Source: an uncultured Planctomycetaceae bacterium
GTDB lineage: Bacteria > Planctomycetota > Planctomycetia > Pirellulales > PALSA-1355
NCBI GenBank assembly: GCA_963785305.1
Contig: CAWAUV010000002.1
Span: 32,001-96,000, forward strand
Reading direction: 5' to 3'
Length of the DNA: 64,000 bases
The notes under the pieces are model-generated. The model worked only from the letters and a program-made list of their open reading frames with translations. It searched no databases and was not told the DNA's origin. The position numbers and the translations under genes are program-made. Positions 21,015-31,376 of the stretch are shown here, one piece after another; position 1 is the first letter of the stretch, and each line of letters opens with the position of its first letter.

Positions 21015-21650
21015 CTACTCGGCTTGTTCGTTGCCGCGGTCGGTCGGGGGCAGGCGGGTTTCGGCCAGGATCGGCTCGAGCTCCTCGACGAAATCTCGCA
21101 CATCCTTGAATTCGCGATACACGCTCGCGAACCGCACGAACGCCACGTGATCGAGTTGGCGAAGCTGCTCCATCACCATTTCGCCCAGCCGCTTCGAGTG
21201 CACTTCGGCGTCGAGCTTGTTGCGAATTTCCTCCTCGACATGCGTGACCAGCGCTTCGATCTGGTTGTCGCTGATCGGCCGCTTCCAGCAGGCCTTTTCC
21301 AAGCCGCGCTTGATCTTTTGCCGCTCGAAGGGCACCCGGGCTCCGTCTTTCTTCACCACCTTGAGCACGCGTTCCTCGCAGCGCTCGACCGTGGAATATT
21401 GGCGGCGGCATGAAAGGCACTCGCGCCGCCGGAGCACGGCGAAACCGCCTTCCGAAGGATCGCTGTCGATCACGCGATTGTGCTCGTCGTGGCAGAAGGG
21501 GCACTTGACCGGGTCGTCCATGCGCTCGAAAGTGCTGTAGCGCGTCTGGCAGGCCGCGCATTCGCGGCGCCGGCGGATCGCCAGACCATCGTGGCTGGCC
21601 CGCGAGTCGATCACTCGGTCATTATCCATCCCACAGGCGGGACATTTCAT
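21015..21650 (-). CDS. nrdR: Transcriptional repressor NrdR with duplicated N-terminal Zn ribbon
   Basis: Two CxxC...VIDS...RRREC..C..RYST.ER units, ATP-cone VVKKDG, and VAFVRFASVYREF. Confidence 0.92.
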   Translation of the reverse strand: MKCPACGMDNDRVIDSRASHDGLAIRRRRECAACQTRYSTFERMDDPVKCPFCHDEHNRVIDSDPSEGGFAVLRRRECLSCRRQYSTVERCEERVLKVVKKDGARVPFERQKIKRGLEKACWKRPISDNQIEALVTHVEEEIRNKLDAEVHSKRLGEMVMEQLRQLDHVAFVRFASVYREFKDVRDFVEELEPILAETRLPPTDRGNEQAE

Positions 21651-21663
21651 ATTCGCGCGCCGA

Positions 21664-23267
21664 TCATTCGCTTTCGTCGTCGACCGAGGAAGCGTCGCTC
21701 GCGGCCGCGGCATCGGCCGAGCCCGGCGCCGCGCTCGCGGCGGCGGTGTTCGCGGCGCCGCCGGCGGCTTTGCCGCTCTTGCCTTCGGTAAGGCTCCAAT
21801 CCCGCCGCTGCCGGCTGCTGGGAATGCTCATCGCCTTGCGATATTTGGTCACGGTGCGGCGGGCCACGGTCAGGCCATGCTTCGCGAGCTCCTTGACCAG
21901 TTCGTCGTCGCTCAGCGGGCTTTGCTTGCTTTCGCCATCGATGATTTCTTGCAGCTTGAGCCGCACGGCGTCCCAAGCGACTTCCTCGCCATCGGCGCTC
22001 GACTGTGCCGCCGCAGAAGAACCGCTTGAGCGGAAAGATGCCGCGCGGTGTCTGGATCCATTTGTCGTCCACCGCCCGGCTCACGGTCGTGACATGCACC
22101 TTCACCTTGTCGGCGATCTGCTGCATCTTGAGCGGCTCGATGAACTCGGGCCCTTTGTTGAGAAACTCGGTTTGATGATCGACGATCGCCTGGGCCACGC
22201 GGGTGAGCGTGTTGCGGCGCTGCTCGATCGATTCGATCAGCCACTGGGCCGAGTTGATCTTGCGCTTGATGTATTCGCGCGTCTCGGCGTTGGCTTCGCC
22301 GCTGGTGAGCAGCTTGCGGTAATAGGGGCTGATGTACAAGTTGGGCGTGCGGCCGTCTTCGAGCCGAATTTTGTAGGCGCCGCCGTCCTCGAGATCGACG
22401 AACACATCGGGAGTGACATTCGGCACGAAGTTCTCGCCGAACTTGGCGCCCGGCTTCGGATTCAGCTTGCGCAGCTCGACGAGCGTTTGCTGAATCGAGC
22501 GCGATCGAGTAACCGGTGCGGCGCTCGATGAGCGGCAGCCGGTTGTGCTCCAGGTCCTCGAGATGGTTGGTGATCAGCGTCTTGAGCTGTTCGTAGTAGG
22601 GCATGCCCGGCGTGAGCTGGAGCCACAGGCATTCGCGCAAGTCGCGCGCCGCCACGCCCGGCGGATCGAGCTTTTGCACCACGGCCAGCGCCCGCTGCGC
22701 CAGGCCCAGTTGTTCGGGCGGGGCTTCCGGATCGATCAGGTCCTCGATGCGGCCTTGGAGATAGCCGTTGGCGTCGAGGTTGTAGATGATGCGGTCGCAC
22801 ATTTGCCGCACCTCGGGCTCGATCTCGAACCAGCCGAGCTGATCGTGGAGATAATCCTGCAGCGACTGGGGGCGGGCAACCATGTTGGCCATGGCGTCGT
22901 GCTTGCGCTGGCCCTCTTCCTCGAGCCGAGTGCTCGAGGGACGCGTGCGCTCCTCGAAATGGTCGGGCCACTCCTCGTCCATGTTCAGGAGCCGCTCGAA
23001 ATCGTCTTCGTTGTTCTTCGTGTCGTCGACCACCAGCTCGCGCTCTTCCGCCGTGGGCGCGTTGGGGTTTTCTTGATCGGCGGGCTGCTCGGGCAGATCG
23101 AGGTCTTCTTCCTGGAGGTCGAGCACCGGATTTTCTTGAATCTCCTGCTCGATCCGTTCCTGGAGCGCCATGATCGGAAGTTGCAATATCTCCATCGACT
23201 GGATCATCCGCGGCGCAAGCACCTGCTTCTGAACCAATCGCATTTCCTGGCCGAAAGAGAGTCGCAT
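21664..23267 (-). CDS. rpoN: RNA polymerase sigma-54 factor; frameshifts near 22495 and 22000
   Basis: [27 protein letters not shown] and the RpoN box ARRTVTKYR, spread over three consecutive ORFs. Confidence 0.93.
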
Positions 23268-23343
23268 GTTTGCTTAACCTGGTTCGCGGTATTTCGGAAA
23301 GGAAGCTTCGTGAAACCGGTGGGGGGTACTTTGCCGGGCGACG

Positions 23344-23937
23344 CTAAAAGCGCTGCCGGCCGGCGAGGGCGTCGGCCAGAATTTCCTTGTTGGCGAATTC
23401 GAGCACGCTGCCGGTCGTGAGCCCGCGCGCCAAACGCGTGATCTCGACCTTGGAATCGGCGAGCATGTTCGAGATATACAGAGCCGTGCCGTCGCCTTCG
23501 AGCGTGGGATTGGTGCCCATGATGATCTCGCGAAACGGACCCTCGGCCACGCGCGCCATGAGGGGCGCGAGCGTGAGTTGCTCGGGCCCGACGCCTTCGA
23601 GCGGGGCGAGCCGGCCCAGGAGCACATGGTAGAGGCCGCGATAAGCGCCGGCCTGTTCGAGCGCCATCAGGTCGCGGGGCTGCTCGACCACGCAGAGCAA
23701 TCCTTGGTCACGGCGAGGATCGCGGCAAATCGAACATAGCTCGCCCTCGGCCAAATTGTAACACGTCTGACAGTGACGCACGTTCTCCTTCACGCCGCGA
23801 ATCGCATCGGCCAGGGCCATGGCCTCCGGCGCCGGCAAGCGAAGCACATGATATGCAAGCCGCTCGGCCGACTTCTTGCCGATGCCTGGCAGCTTGGCGA
23901 ATTCATCGACCAATTGAGTGACCGATTCGCTGATCAT
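23344..23937 (-). CDS. recR: Recombination mediator RecR
   Basis: [14 protein letters not shown]4 zinc finger, [20 protein letters not shown]. Confidence 0.96.
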   Translation of the reverse strand: MISESVTQLVDEFAKLPGIGKKSAERLAYHVLRLPAPEAMALADAIRGVKENVRHCQTCYNLAEGELCSICRDPRRDQGLLCVVEQPRDLMALEQAGAYRGLYHVLLGRLAPLEGVGPEQLTLAPLMARVAEGPFREIIMGTNPTLEGDGTALYISNMLADSKVEITRLARGLTTGSVLEFANKEILADALAGRQRF

Positions 23938-24061
23938 GGTTCCACGGCGGTTTATGATTAAACTCGGACTCGCTCCGCGACAGTCGCCCACGCATCGTTC
24001 GTGGGCGAACACATCGCTCGACGGCTCGGCGCGTCCACTCAGCCGAGCAGCTCGCTCTACC

Positions 24062-24148
24062 CAGCCGCTAGGCGGAGTGTTATCGCTCAGCCGCTAGGCG
24101 AGTTACCGCTCAGCCGCTAGGCGGGTTATCGCTCAGCCGCTAGGCGGG
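24062..24148. repeat. Four tandem ~23-bp repeats (gtta(t/c)cgctcagccgctaggcg) overlapping the dnaX stop
   Basis: Core cagccgctaggcg at 24062, 24088, 24111 and 24134. Confidence 0.85.
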
Positions 24149-26156
24149 TCGACTCGCGTCGGGGCGCTGCCAAACGCCTCGGCGACCGCGGCGACCAGCG
24201 GATGCGCCATGCGCTCGGCAACCCAGGCTTTCGACCCGACCGCGCCTTCGCTCGTCGGCCCCCGAGGCTTTTCCTCGCTCGGCGGCGCCTCGCCGGCTTC
24301 GAGCACAAACTCGATTTGCATGGCTCGGCCCGCCGCCTCGCTCACGGCCGCTCGCAATTCGGCCATGCGATCGGACTGCTCACAGAACGACTTGGCGAAA
24401 TTATACCGCGTAGGAAAATAAATAGCCAGAATATTTGTGTGCAACTTGCAACGCGCTGCACATGGCCCGCATAAGCAACCAGCATGCCTTCGGGCAGTCG
24501 GGCCAAGGCATCTTGCCACAAACGCCGCAGATCCGTGATCGGGGCCCGGTTGGGCTCGCTCGGGGGGGGCCAGTTCGCTTGGCGCTCCGGCGGCCGGGCG
24601 CGATCCTCCACCGCTGGGGGGGCATTGCCTCGCGCCGCCTCGGCATCCAATTCGTCCGGCCGTTCCGCTGGCGGCGGAATTTGTCGGGGCGAAGGGGGTT
24701 CCGCTAGGGGAGGGGATTCCGCAAGCGCCCCCGTTTCCGAAAGGCGCGCCGGATTCCGAAAGCGTTTTGGCAACCGGGGGAGAAGGTGGCGGCGGCGATA
24801 GTGGCGCGCGGCGCCTCGGCCAGCGCCACGGCGCGGGCATCATCACTCAATCGTTCTTTTTTTTTTGCGGTCTCGCCGTCCCCAGGGTTTCTCGCCGCGA
24901 CGCCTTCGCCGCCGGACTGGGCGCCCTCGAGCACTTGCCGGAGCGAGTCGCCGATCGCTTCCAAATTTTCGAGACTTGCGATTCGCACCAACGCCATTTC
25001 GGCCAAAATCCGCGACTGGGTGCTGTGGCGCATCCGAGCGAGCGCATGGTCGAGAATCTGCAACATCGCGAGAATCGTCGTGAGCCCGAGCGATTGCCCC
25101 AGTTCGCTCACCACCGACTGAGTAGCGCCCGACGTGTGGAGAAACGCGTCGGGTCCGCAGCCGGCGGCGGCGGTCATGGCGTCGCGCAGCCCGCTCATGA
25201 GTTGTTCGAGCAATTGCCCCGCGTCGACCCCCTCGGCCAGCGCGGTGTTAAGCTCGCGAAGCGCCGCGGCGGCGTCGCGCCGGGCTAGCGCGGCAAGCAA
25301 CTGCGCCACGCGATCGTCGCCGGCCGAGCCCAAGAGCGCGTGAATATCCGCGGCTCGGAGCACCTCGCCGCCGAAACTCAGGAGCTGTTCGAGCAGCGAT
25401 TGACTGTCGCGCATCGAACCATTGGCCCGGCGCGCGAAGAGATCGAGCGCCGCGGGCTCCGCCTCGACGCCTTCGGCCTTGGCGATCTGGCTCAAACGCT
25501 CACGAATCGACGGCGCTCGGATGCCCGCGAAATCAAATCGCTGGCAGCGCGAGAGGATCGTGATTGGAATCTTGTTGGCCTCGGTCGTGCAGAAAATGAA
25601 CTTTACATGCTCGGGCGGCTCTTCGAGCGTCTTGAGCAGCGCGTTGAACGCCTGCGAGGTGAGCATGTGAACTTCGTCGATGATGTATATCTTATAGGGC
25701 GCGCGGCTCGGGCGGCACGCCGACATTCTGGCGAAGCTGCCGAATCTCATCGATGCCGCGATTGCTCGCCCCGTCGATCTCGATCACATCCACGTCGCTG
25801 CCGACCGCCACATTCAAGCACACATCGCACTGGTTGCAGGGCGTGGCCGTGGGGCCATGCACGCAGTCGAGCGCTTTGGCGAGAATTCGGGCGGCCGAGG
25901 TCTTGCCCACGCCGTGCGTGCCCGTGAAAAGGTAGGCGTGGCCCACTCGGTTCGAAGTGATCGCGTTGCCCAGGGCCCGGGCAATGTGCTCCTGGCCGAC
26001 GAGCTCGTCGAACGACTGGGGTCGATAGCGCCGGGCGACGACGAGGTAATCGGCGCCCGGCGATGCGCCCTCGGCGGCGAGGCTGGCCTGGGGAACCGAA
26101 CTCGTTCCGGATCCAGAGGTTGAGTCGAACGGATCGCGACTTTTCTCGGCAGACAT
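24133..26156 (-). CDS. dnaX: DNA polymerase III subunit gamma/tau; several frameshifts
   Basis: [47 protein letters not shown]. Pro-rich linker and tau C-terminus are in other frames. Confidence 0.93.
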
Positions 26157-26346
26157 CGGAAAACCGCCCGCGTCTTTAAGAGCGTATCGAACAAATGCCC
26201 TCGTGGCCTTTTTTCAACCTCTCCCAGCGGCGAGCAAAGCTCGTCGCGGCTCGCGCGATAACGACATAAGTCGTTATTCGAAGGCCGCATCCGTGCGGCA
26301 GACCAGCCTTTTGAATCCTTCGACCGGCGGCTCGGAGCGCCGGCCG

Positions 26347-26446
26347 CCGATGAGAGACCCGCCGCACGAAGAGATGACTGCTTATGGCTGCTGACTTTCG
26401 TCCCTGACCAGGTTCACAGGTCCCCACTGCGGGGGCCTCTCATCGG
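26347..26446 (-). ncRNA. ffs: SRP RNA (4.5S)
   Basis: Minus strand GTGAACCTGGTCAGGGAC-GAAA-GTCAGCAGCCATAAGC forms domain IV, closed by a ccgatgagag/ctctcatcgg stem. Typical position upstream of dnaX. Confidence 0.88.
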
Positions 26447-26754
26447 AGGCCGGCGCCGGTGGTTGATGTATACTTTTCTAAGGCCGCGGGGCCGCCGCGT
26501 CAAATGGGTTCTCTTGGGTTCTCTTGTTCGGGCTCGCCTGGGGCACGCGACTCCTGGGCCGATTTGCATGGGCGCCCATGCCCGAAATCGTCAAAAAAAA
26601 GCTCGCCCGGCGAGCCGCGATGGCGAACAATGTCTCTTAAGCCGTCGAATCAAAAGTCGCCGCGGTCCAGCGGCGTCGAGGCGCGATTCGAGTTGGGTGG
26701 GTTTACATTTTCACGATTGCATCCGCATTCGCACTTTTTTCGAGGGAGGCTGTC

Positions 26755-27517
26755 ATGAGTCGACTCTTCGCAGTAGTGCTGGCCAGCGGGCTGGTCGCCG
26801 TGGGGATTCAATCGGCGAGCGCGCAGGATATTGAATTTCCGCCGCCGCCGGGCGCGAGCGTCTCGCCGGTGGTCGTGGCGCAGTCGGCCGAGACTCCGGC
26901 CGATGTGAGCGCACTGCGCGTCGCTTTTCGTGCAGAAGGGCGAAGCCGAGTTCAAAGCCGGCCACTACACCGCCGCGGTGCAAGCTTGGCGGCACGCGCT
27001 GGTCGATGATCCGAAGAATGGCGGCGTGGTGCTGATGCTCTCGCAAGCGCTGTTCGCCATCGGTCAATACGACGAAGCGGCCGGGGCCGCGCAATACGGC
27101 ATGAGCCTTGTGCCAGCCGAGAAGTGGGGCGAAGTGGTCACTCGCTACAAGGAACTCTACGGCAACTATCAAGACTACACCGACGAGCTCAAGCGGCTGG
27201 AAAAAGCTCGCGACACAGCGCCCGAATCGCCCGCGCTTTGCTTTCTCCTGGGCTACCACTTCGGTTACTTGGGCTACCCGAAACATGCGGTCAAGGAGCT
27301 CGACAAGACGATCGAGCTCGCGCCGAAGGATGAAACCGCGCGGAAGCTTCTGGAAGTATTCAAGCCGCGGGTGAAAGACGCCGCCGCCGAGCAACCGACG
27401 CCCTCGAGCGAGGCGGCGCCGGCCGAATCCGCCGCGCCGTCGGGCGGACCCGAGAAGGCGGCCGCGCCCGATAAGCCGGCCACCGAGCAAGGCGCCACCC
27501 CCGAGCGTCCGTTCTAG
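26755..27517 (+). CDS. Secreted TPR protein, short paralog of the downstream Gly-rich TPR protein; frameshift near 26920
   Basis: Signal peptide in ORF 26755 (GGAGG RBS). TPR part in ORF 26930..27517 with FLLGYHFGYLGYPK. Confidence 0.75.
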
Positions 27518-27637
27518 CGACTAGGGTCGGGGCGAATCCCATTACTTAATCGTCAGGATGCAAGTTTTTTAACCTTACTTCTTCCGCGCTCGTAGAATGG
27601 AAAAGCGATTCGCGAGCTTCTTCTGGAGGGACATATC

Positions 27638-29260
27638 ATGGCGTCGACTTGGCGATGGGGACTTCTCCTGGCGGCCGCGCTCGTGGCAAGCGTTCCGGCA
27701 ACGCTTTGGGCCCACGGCGGGGGTGGTGGCGGAGGTGGTGGACATGGCGGCGGTGGCGGAGGACATGGAGGAGGATTCGGCGGCGGCCACGGTGGCTTTG
27801 GCGGCGGCCACTACGGTGGCGGCGGCTATGGTGGCGGTCTCGGGGGCGGCCACTACGGTGGCGGCGGCGGTTACGGTGGTGGCCACTATGGCGGATATGG
27901 CGGCGGAGGATATGGCGGCGGATATGGCGGACATGGGCTCGGCGCCTCCGGCATGGGCGGCCACTACGGCGGCATGAGCGGCATGGCCGGAGGACACAAC
28001 CTCGGCGGCCAGGCGATCGGCGGAATGGGCCACGCCAGCAGCTTTGCCGGCCGCAATTTCGCGGGCGCTTCCATGGGGCATGGTCTCGGCGCCAACAGCG
28101 CTTCGTTTGCCGGCAGAAACTTCGGCGGCGTCTCGCACATGGGCGCCATGAACGGCGGCATGCATAGCTTTGCCTCGAATAATTTCGGTGGCTACAACCA
28201 CGCGGGCTACAACCACGCCGGCATGGGCGGCTACAACCACAACGGCTATGGGCACAACGGCTATGGGCACAACGGTTATGGCAACGGGGGCTATGGTTAT
28301 GGCCATGGCGGCTATGGCCGCTATGGATATGGCGGCTACGGCGGCTATGGCTTTGGCGGTTTCGGCTATGGTGGCTTTGGCTACGGCCTCGGTTTCGGTT
28401 TTCTGCCCTTCTTTGGCTACGGCCTTGGCTACGGGCTCGGCTATGGCCTCGGCTACGGCGGGTATGGTGGCTACGGCGGATACGGTGGCTATGGCGGATA
28501 CGGTGGCTATGGCGGCTATGGAGGATACGGTGGCTATGGTGGCTATGGTTACTCGAACTATGGCGCGGCGGGTTATGCGCCGACCTATGTGACCGCGGCG
28601 CCGGAGGCTACTCAAACCGATTTCGCGGCGCAAGGCGACGCCGACTTCAAAGCCGGCCGCTACGACGCCGCTATTCGCGACTATCAACATGCCCTGATCG
28701 ACGATTCATCGAACGCCGGCTTGGTGCTGCTCATGGGTCAGGCCCTCTTCGCCACCGGAAAGTTCGATCAGGCCGCTGGCGCGGTCGAGCAGTCGATGGC
28801 CTCCTTGCCCGAAGATAAGTGGGGCGTGGTTGTGCAGAACTACACCCAGCTCTATGGCAATGTCGCCGACTACACGAACGAGGTTCGAGCGCTCGAAGCG
28901 GCTCGCGACGCCAAGCCCGACTCGCCGGCTCTGCGGTTCCTCTTGGGCTATCACTTCGGCTACTTGGGCTACCCGAAGCAGGCTGTGGAAGAGCTCGACA
29001 AAGCGATGCAGCTCGAGCCGCGCGATCCGTTTGCCCGTCGGCTGCGAGATATGATGGCGGCCAAGCTCGGCCTGCCCGCGGCGCCGCCGCCCGCGCAGCT
29101 CGAAGGGCCGAAAGGTCCCATGGCAAGTCCGACTACTTCGATCCCGGCGCCGCCGCCCAATCCGCCGGCATTGGGCGCGCCCCCCTTGGGCCAACCGGCG
29201 CTGGGCCAGCCGACCCTGAACCAGCCGACCCTGAACCAGCCGGTCGGTGAAGCCAGTTGA
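27638..29260 (+). CDS. Secreted Gly/Tyr/His/Asn low-complexity protein with C-terminal TPR domain
   Basis: GGAGG RBS, signal peptide, ~280 aa of GGGHYG/HNGYG/GYGGY repeats, TPR, and a Pro-rich tail. Confidence 0.88.
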   Translation: MASTWRWGLLLAAALVASVPATLWAHGGGGGGGGGHGGGGGGHGGGFGGGHGGFGGGHYGGGGYGGGLGGGHYGGGGGYGGGHYGGYGGGGYGGGYGGHGLGASGMGGHYGGMSGMAGGHNLGGQAIGGMGHASSFAGRNFAGASMGHGLGANSASFAGRNFGGVSHMGAMNGGMHSFASNNFGGYNHAGYNHAGMGGYNHNGYGHNGYGHNGYGNGGYGYGHGGYGRYGYGGYGGYGFGGFGYGGFGYGLGFGFLPFFGYGLGYGLGYGLGYGGYGGYGGYGGYGGYGGYGGYGGYGGYGGYGYSNYGAAGYAPTYVTAAPEATQTDFAAQGDADFKAGRYDAAIRDYQHALIDDSSNAGLVLLMGQALFATGKFDQAAGAVEQSMASLPEDKWGVVVQNYTQLYGNVADYTNEVRALEAARDAKPDSPALRFLLGYHFGYLGYPKQAVEELDKAMQLEPRDPFARRLRDMMAAKLGLPAAPPPAQLEGPKGPMASPTTSIPAPPPNPPALGAPPLGQPALGQPTLNQPTLNQPVGEAS

Positions 29261-29473
29261 TGATGTTTTCCAATCGTTCGCGGCCTTCCTTTGCAAGTCC
29301 GGCGACCGGTCCGGCAATCCGAAGCATGACCCCCGGAACGGGTCCGATCGAACGCCACGATCCGCAAGGGTCGTGGCGTTTCGAGCTTCATGGCCGCGGG
29401 CGGCGGCTTGCGGCCGGCGCCAGCGCGGTTAGCATGGAGCGGCGGTCCGTTTCCTATTTTGCAAAAGCTGCGC

Positions 29474-30424
29474 ATGCTTCTCAATGAACTTGCCGCGCGC
29501 GAATGCCGCCGGCTCCGCGCCCGACGTCACTCACTCCGCATCGATTTCCATGAAACGCCCTGCGGAGCGCGCTGGGTCGACTGCGGCATCGACTCGCCCG
29601 GCGGAATCGAGGCCGGTCTCGCGCTAGCGCGAATTTCCCTCGCCGGCTTGGCCGAAGTCTCGCTTTCGCCGAGCTCCATCGCCGGCCAGGGGCCCGTGGT
29701 GTTTGTGCGAACCGATCATCCCGTGGCCGCATGTCTCGCCGCGCAATATGCCGGTTGGCGACTGGCGTCCGATGGTTTTTTCGCCATGGGCTCCGGTCCC
29801 ATGCGAGCCGCGGCCGGCGCCGAATCGCTCTTCGATCGAATCGGATATCGCGAAACGGCGCGTGAAGCCGTGGGAGTGCTCGAGACCCGGCAGCCGCCGC
29901 CCGAGACGATCTGCCGTCGCGTGGCCGAGGCGTGTCGGGTGGCGCCCGAGCGGCTCACGCTCTTCGTCGCGCCCACGGCGAGCCTTGCCGGCATGGTGCA
30001 AGTGGTGGCCCGTTCGCTCGAAACGGCGCTGCACAAGCTGCTGGCCCTCGATTTTGATTTGAAGCGCGTGGTCAGCGGCTGGGGATCGGCCCCGCTGCCG
30101 CCGATGGCCGCCAATGATCTGGCCGCCATTGGCCGAACGAACGACGCGATTCTCTACGGCGGCGATGTGACACTCGCCGTGCGCGGCGACGATCGGAGCC
30201 TCGAACAGATCGGCCCGCTGGCCGTGAGCAGCGCGTCGGCGGCGCATGGCAAACCGTTTGCCGAGCTATTTGAACTCGCTGGGCGAGATTTCTATAAGAT
30301 CGACCCCGGCCTCTTCAGTCCGGCGCGGCTCACATTGCACAATCTCGACACCGGCGCCCTGCATTGTTTTGGCCGGTTCGCGCCCGAGGTGCTCGCGGCT
30401 TCCTGGGGCGGCAGTCGGGCATGA
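29474..30424 (+). CDS. mch: Methenyl-tetrahydromethanopterin cyclohydrolase
   Basis: ACLAAQYAGW, MGSGPMRA, QVVARSLETALHK, GRTNDAILYGG, FYKIDPGLFSPA. Confidence 0.95.
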   Translation: MLLNELAARECRRLRARRHSLRIDFHETPCGARWVDCGIDSPGGIEAGLALARISLAGLAEVSLSPSSIAGQGPVVFVRTDHPVAACLAAQYAGWRLASDGFFAMGSGPMRAAAGAESLFDRIGYRETAREAVGVLETRQPPPETICRRVAEACRVAPERLTLFVAPTASLAGMVQVVARSLETALHKLLALDFDLKRVVSGWGSAPLPPMAANDLAAIGRTNDAILYGGDVTLAVRGDDRSLEQIGPLAVSSASAAHGKPFAELFELAGRDFYKIDPGLFSPARLTLHNLDTGALHCFGRFAPEVLAASWGGSRA

Positions 30425-30485
30425 GGCAATTGGGTAGCGGCTTTTTCCGCGAAGCGTGACTCGGCGAACGAAGGACACACACGGC

Positions 30486-31376
30486 ATGCGCATCGGCGTG
30501 TTGGCGGCCACGGCCGGATGGCTCTTCGATGATCTCCGCCGCGCGGCGGGCGGGCGGCATGAAATCGTTTGGCTCGACTATGCCCAACTCTCGGACTCGA
30601 TCGGGTCCGCGCCTAGCGAGCGCGGGCCGCGGGCCCAAGGCACGCGGCTGGCCGAGCTCGACGCGCTGCTGGTGCGCTCGATGCCCGCTGGCTCGCTCGA
30701 GGCGGTCGTGTTTCGCATGGACCTGCTGGGCCGCTCCGAAGCCGACGGGCTCCTGGTGGTAAACTCGCCGAAGGCCATGGAAATCGCGGTCGATAAATAT
30801 CTGACCACGGCCCGACTTGCGGCCGCGGGCCTCTGCGTGCCCCGAACGATCGTTTGCCAAACGGTCGCCGCCGCGATGGAAGCATTTCACTCGCTCGGCG
30901 GCGATGTGGTGCTCAAGCCGCTCTTCGGCGGCGAGGGACGCGGCATTGCCCGGCTCACCGACGAAGCGATCGCCGAGCGAACCTTTGGGCTGCTCGCCTC
31001 GCTTGGCGCCGTGTTTTATCTGCAAGAGTTCGTGGCCCATGCGGGCCGCGATTTGCGAGTGCTGGTCATTGGCGACGACGCTTGGGCGATCGAGAGAACG
31101 AACCCGCTCGATTGGCGCACGAATGTGAGCCGCGGCGCCGCGGCCCGGCGGATTGAACCCACGGCGGAAATGTTATCGCTGGCCCACCGAGCGGCCCAGA
31201 CGGTTGGGGCCGAGATCGCGGGCGTTGATCTCCTGCCCGACGCCGACGGCCGCTTATATGCAATCGAAGTCAACGCGGCCCCCGGCTCGCGCGCGACGGC
31301 GGCGGCGATAGAAGTCGACATCGCGGCGGCGATCATCAGGCATCTCGCACAAATCAAAGGGGTCAGGACTCATTGA
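30486..31376 (+). CDS. RimK-family ATP-grasp ligase (H4MPT-pathway Orf5-like)
   Basis: GSLEAVVFRMD, KPLFGGEGRG, WRTNVSRG, EVNAAPG. Adjacent to mch; the last codons come from the RAYT end. Confidence 0.88.
   Translation: MRIGVLAATAGWLFDDLRRAAGGRHEIVWLDYAQLSDSIGSAPSERGPRAQGTRLAELDALLVRSMPAGSLEAVVFRMDLLGRSEADGLLVVNSPKAMEIAVDKYLTTARLAAAGLCVPRTIVCQTVAAAMEAFHSLGGDVVLKPLFGGEGRGIARLTDEAIAERTFGLLASLGAVFYLQEFVAHAGRDLRVLVIGDDAWAIERTNPLDWRTNVSRGAAARRIEPTAEMLSLAHRAAQTVGAEIAGVDLLPDADGRLYAIEVNAAPGSRATAAAIEVDIAAAIIRHLAQIKGVRTH

Noticed and set aside
24062..24148. Possible mini-CRISPR array
   Set aside because: The units are contiguous with near-identical linkers, with no unique spacers and no cas genes.
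27575..28690. Long antisense and alternative-frame ORFs (Ala/Thr/Val-rich) over the Gly-rich gene
   Set aside because: These are shadows of GGC/TAT repeats. Only the Gly-rich frame has an RBS, a signal peptide and a TPR.
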